From assembly GCA_964016885.1 (NCBI GenBank), contig OZ024744.1, positions 16,430,001 to 16,494,000 on the forward strand: 64,000 nt of DNA, in the 5' to 3' direction. Below the pieces are notes generated by a model. The model saw nothing but the letters and a program-made list of their open reading frames with translations, searched no databases and was not told the DNA's origin. Numbering within the stretch: the first letter of the stretch is position 1; the number at the start of each line of letters is the position of its first letter. This DNA comes from Eledone cirrhosa (lineage: Eukaryota). This document shows positions 63,501-64,000 of this stretch, piece by piece. Both the position numbers and the translations under genes were made by a program.

Positions 63501-64000
63501 TTTACTGTAGTACTGTGTAAAGTGTACTGTTCACCTGAAGAATGTGTCCTGTGTTTACTGTAGTACTGTGTAAAGTGTACTGTTCAGCTGAAGAATGTGT
63601 CCTGTGTTTACTGTAGTACTGTGTAAAGTGTACTGTTTACCTGAAGAATGTGTCCTGTGTTTACTGTAGTAATGTGTAAAGTGTGCTGTTCAGCTGAAGT
63701 ATGTGTCCTGTGTTTACTGTAGTAATGTGTAAAGTGTACTGTTCACCTGAAGAATGTGTCCTGTGTTTACTGTAGTACAGTGTAAAGTATAATGCACAGC
63801 TGAAGAAAGTGTCCTGTGTTTACTGTAGGACTGTGTAAAGTGTACTGTTCACCTGAAGAATATGTACTGTGTTTACTGTAGTACTGTGTAAAGTGTACTC
63901 TTCACCTGAAGAATTTGTCCTGTGTTTACAGTTTTACGCTGGTACTGTGTAAAGCGTACTGTTCACCTGACGAATTTGTGCTGTGTTTACTGTAGAACTG

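Larger units (their letters stand above)
1..64000 (+). repeat. 53-bp tandem satellite DNA array, about 1,200 monomers, single orientation, running off both window edges
   Basis: GTTCA starts at 1, 54 and 107, giving a period of 53. The consensus GTTCACCTGAAGAATGTGTCCTGTGTTTACTGTAGTACTGTGTAAAGTGTACT is recognisable on every line to the window end, mostly with 0-3 substitutions per copy. No unique sequence or reverse-complement monomers were seen. Confidence 0.99.

Noticed and set aside
1-64000. CRISPR array or recombination-cassette array (regular repeats with partial palindromes)
   Set aside because: Monomers abut directly with no unique spacers or cassettes. Variation is limited to SNPs and small indels, and there are no cas, integrase or other genes or a leader in the window.
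1-64000. Giant repetitive protein-coding gene on either strand
   Set aside because: 53 is not a multiple of 3, so the frame rotates each monomer. The consensus stops (TGA, TAG, TAA on +; TAA, TGA on -) interrupt every frame within about three monomers.
1-64000. Telomeric repeat, tandem tRNA/5S/snRNA gene array, or MITE/transposon array
   Set aside because: There is no G-run telomere motif, and no recognisable cloverleaf, Pol III A/B boxes or known RNA sequence. There are no terminal inverted repeats with target-site duplications.
1-64000. Synthetic or wholly artefactual sequence, or a deliberate 'code' in the variants
   Set aside because: The nested duplications, private SNPs between copies and positional turnover of variants are what ordinary satellite evolution produces. 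Individual perfect duplications could still be assembly errors.

Overview
The whole 64 kb window is one uninterrupted, head-to-tail, single-orientation tandem satellite array. It has about 1,200 copies of a 53-bp monomer with consensus GTTCACCTGAAGAATGTGTCCTGTGTTTACTGTAGTACTGTGTAAAGTGTACT (about 40% GC, no CpG, + strand about 62% G+T). I see no credible gene, RNA gene, transposon or CRISPR array, and the two supplied 94-aa ORFs are chance read-throughs of the repeat. The array is probably eukaryotic heterochromatic satellite, but I cannot name the family or organism. The real structure lies inside the array: nested higher-order duplications (265, 644, 1270, 1492, 2491, 3974 and about 7000-7156 bp), a left-to-right turnover of diagnostic monomer variants, a reshuffled ordered block of variant monomers in the right half, a few microhomology-linked out-of-register indels, and two dyad motifs per monomer. 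One dyad is TTCA-NN-TGAA, an E-box-shaped site whose central two bases are the most variable positions. I found no evidence for a new gene-encoded system. All coordinates and spacings were read by hand from marker variants, so boundaries are approximate to about one monomer.
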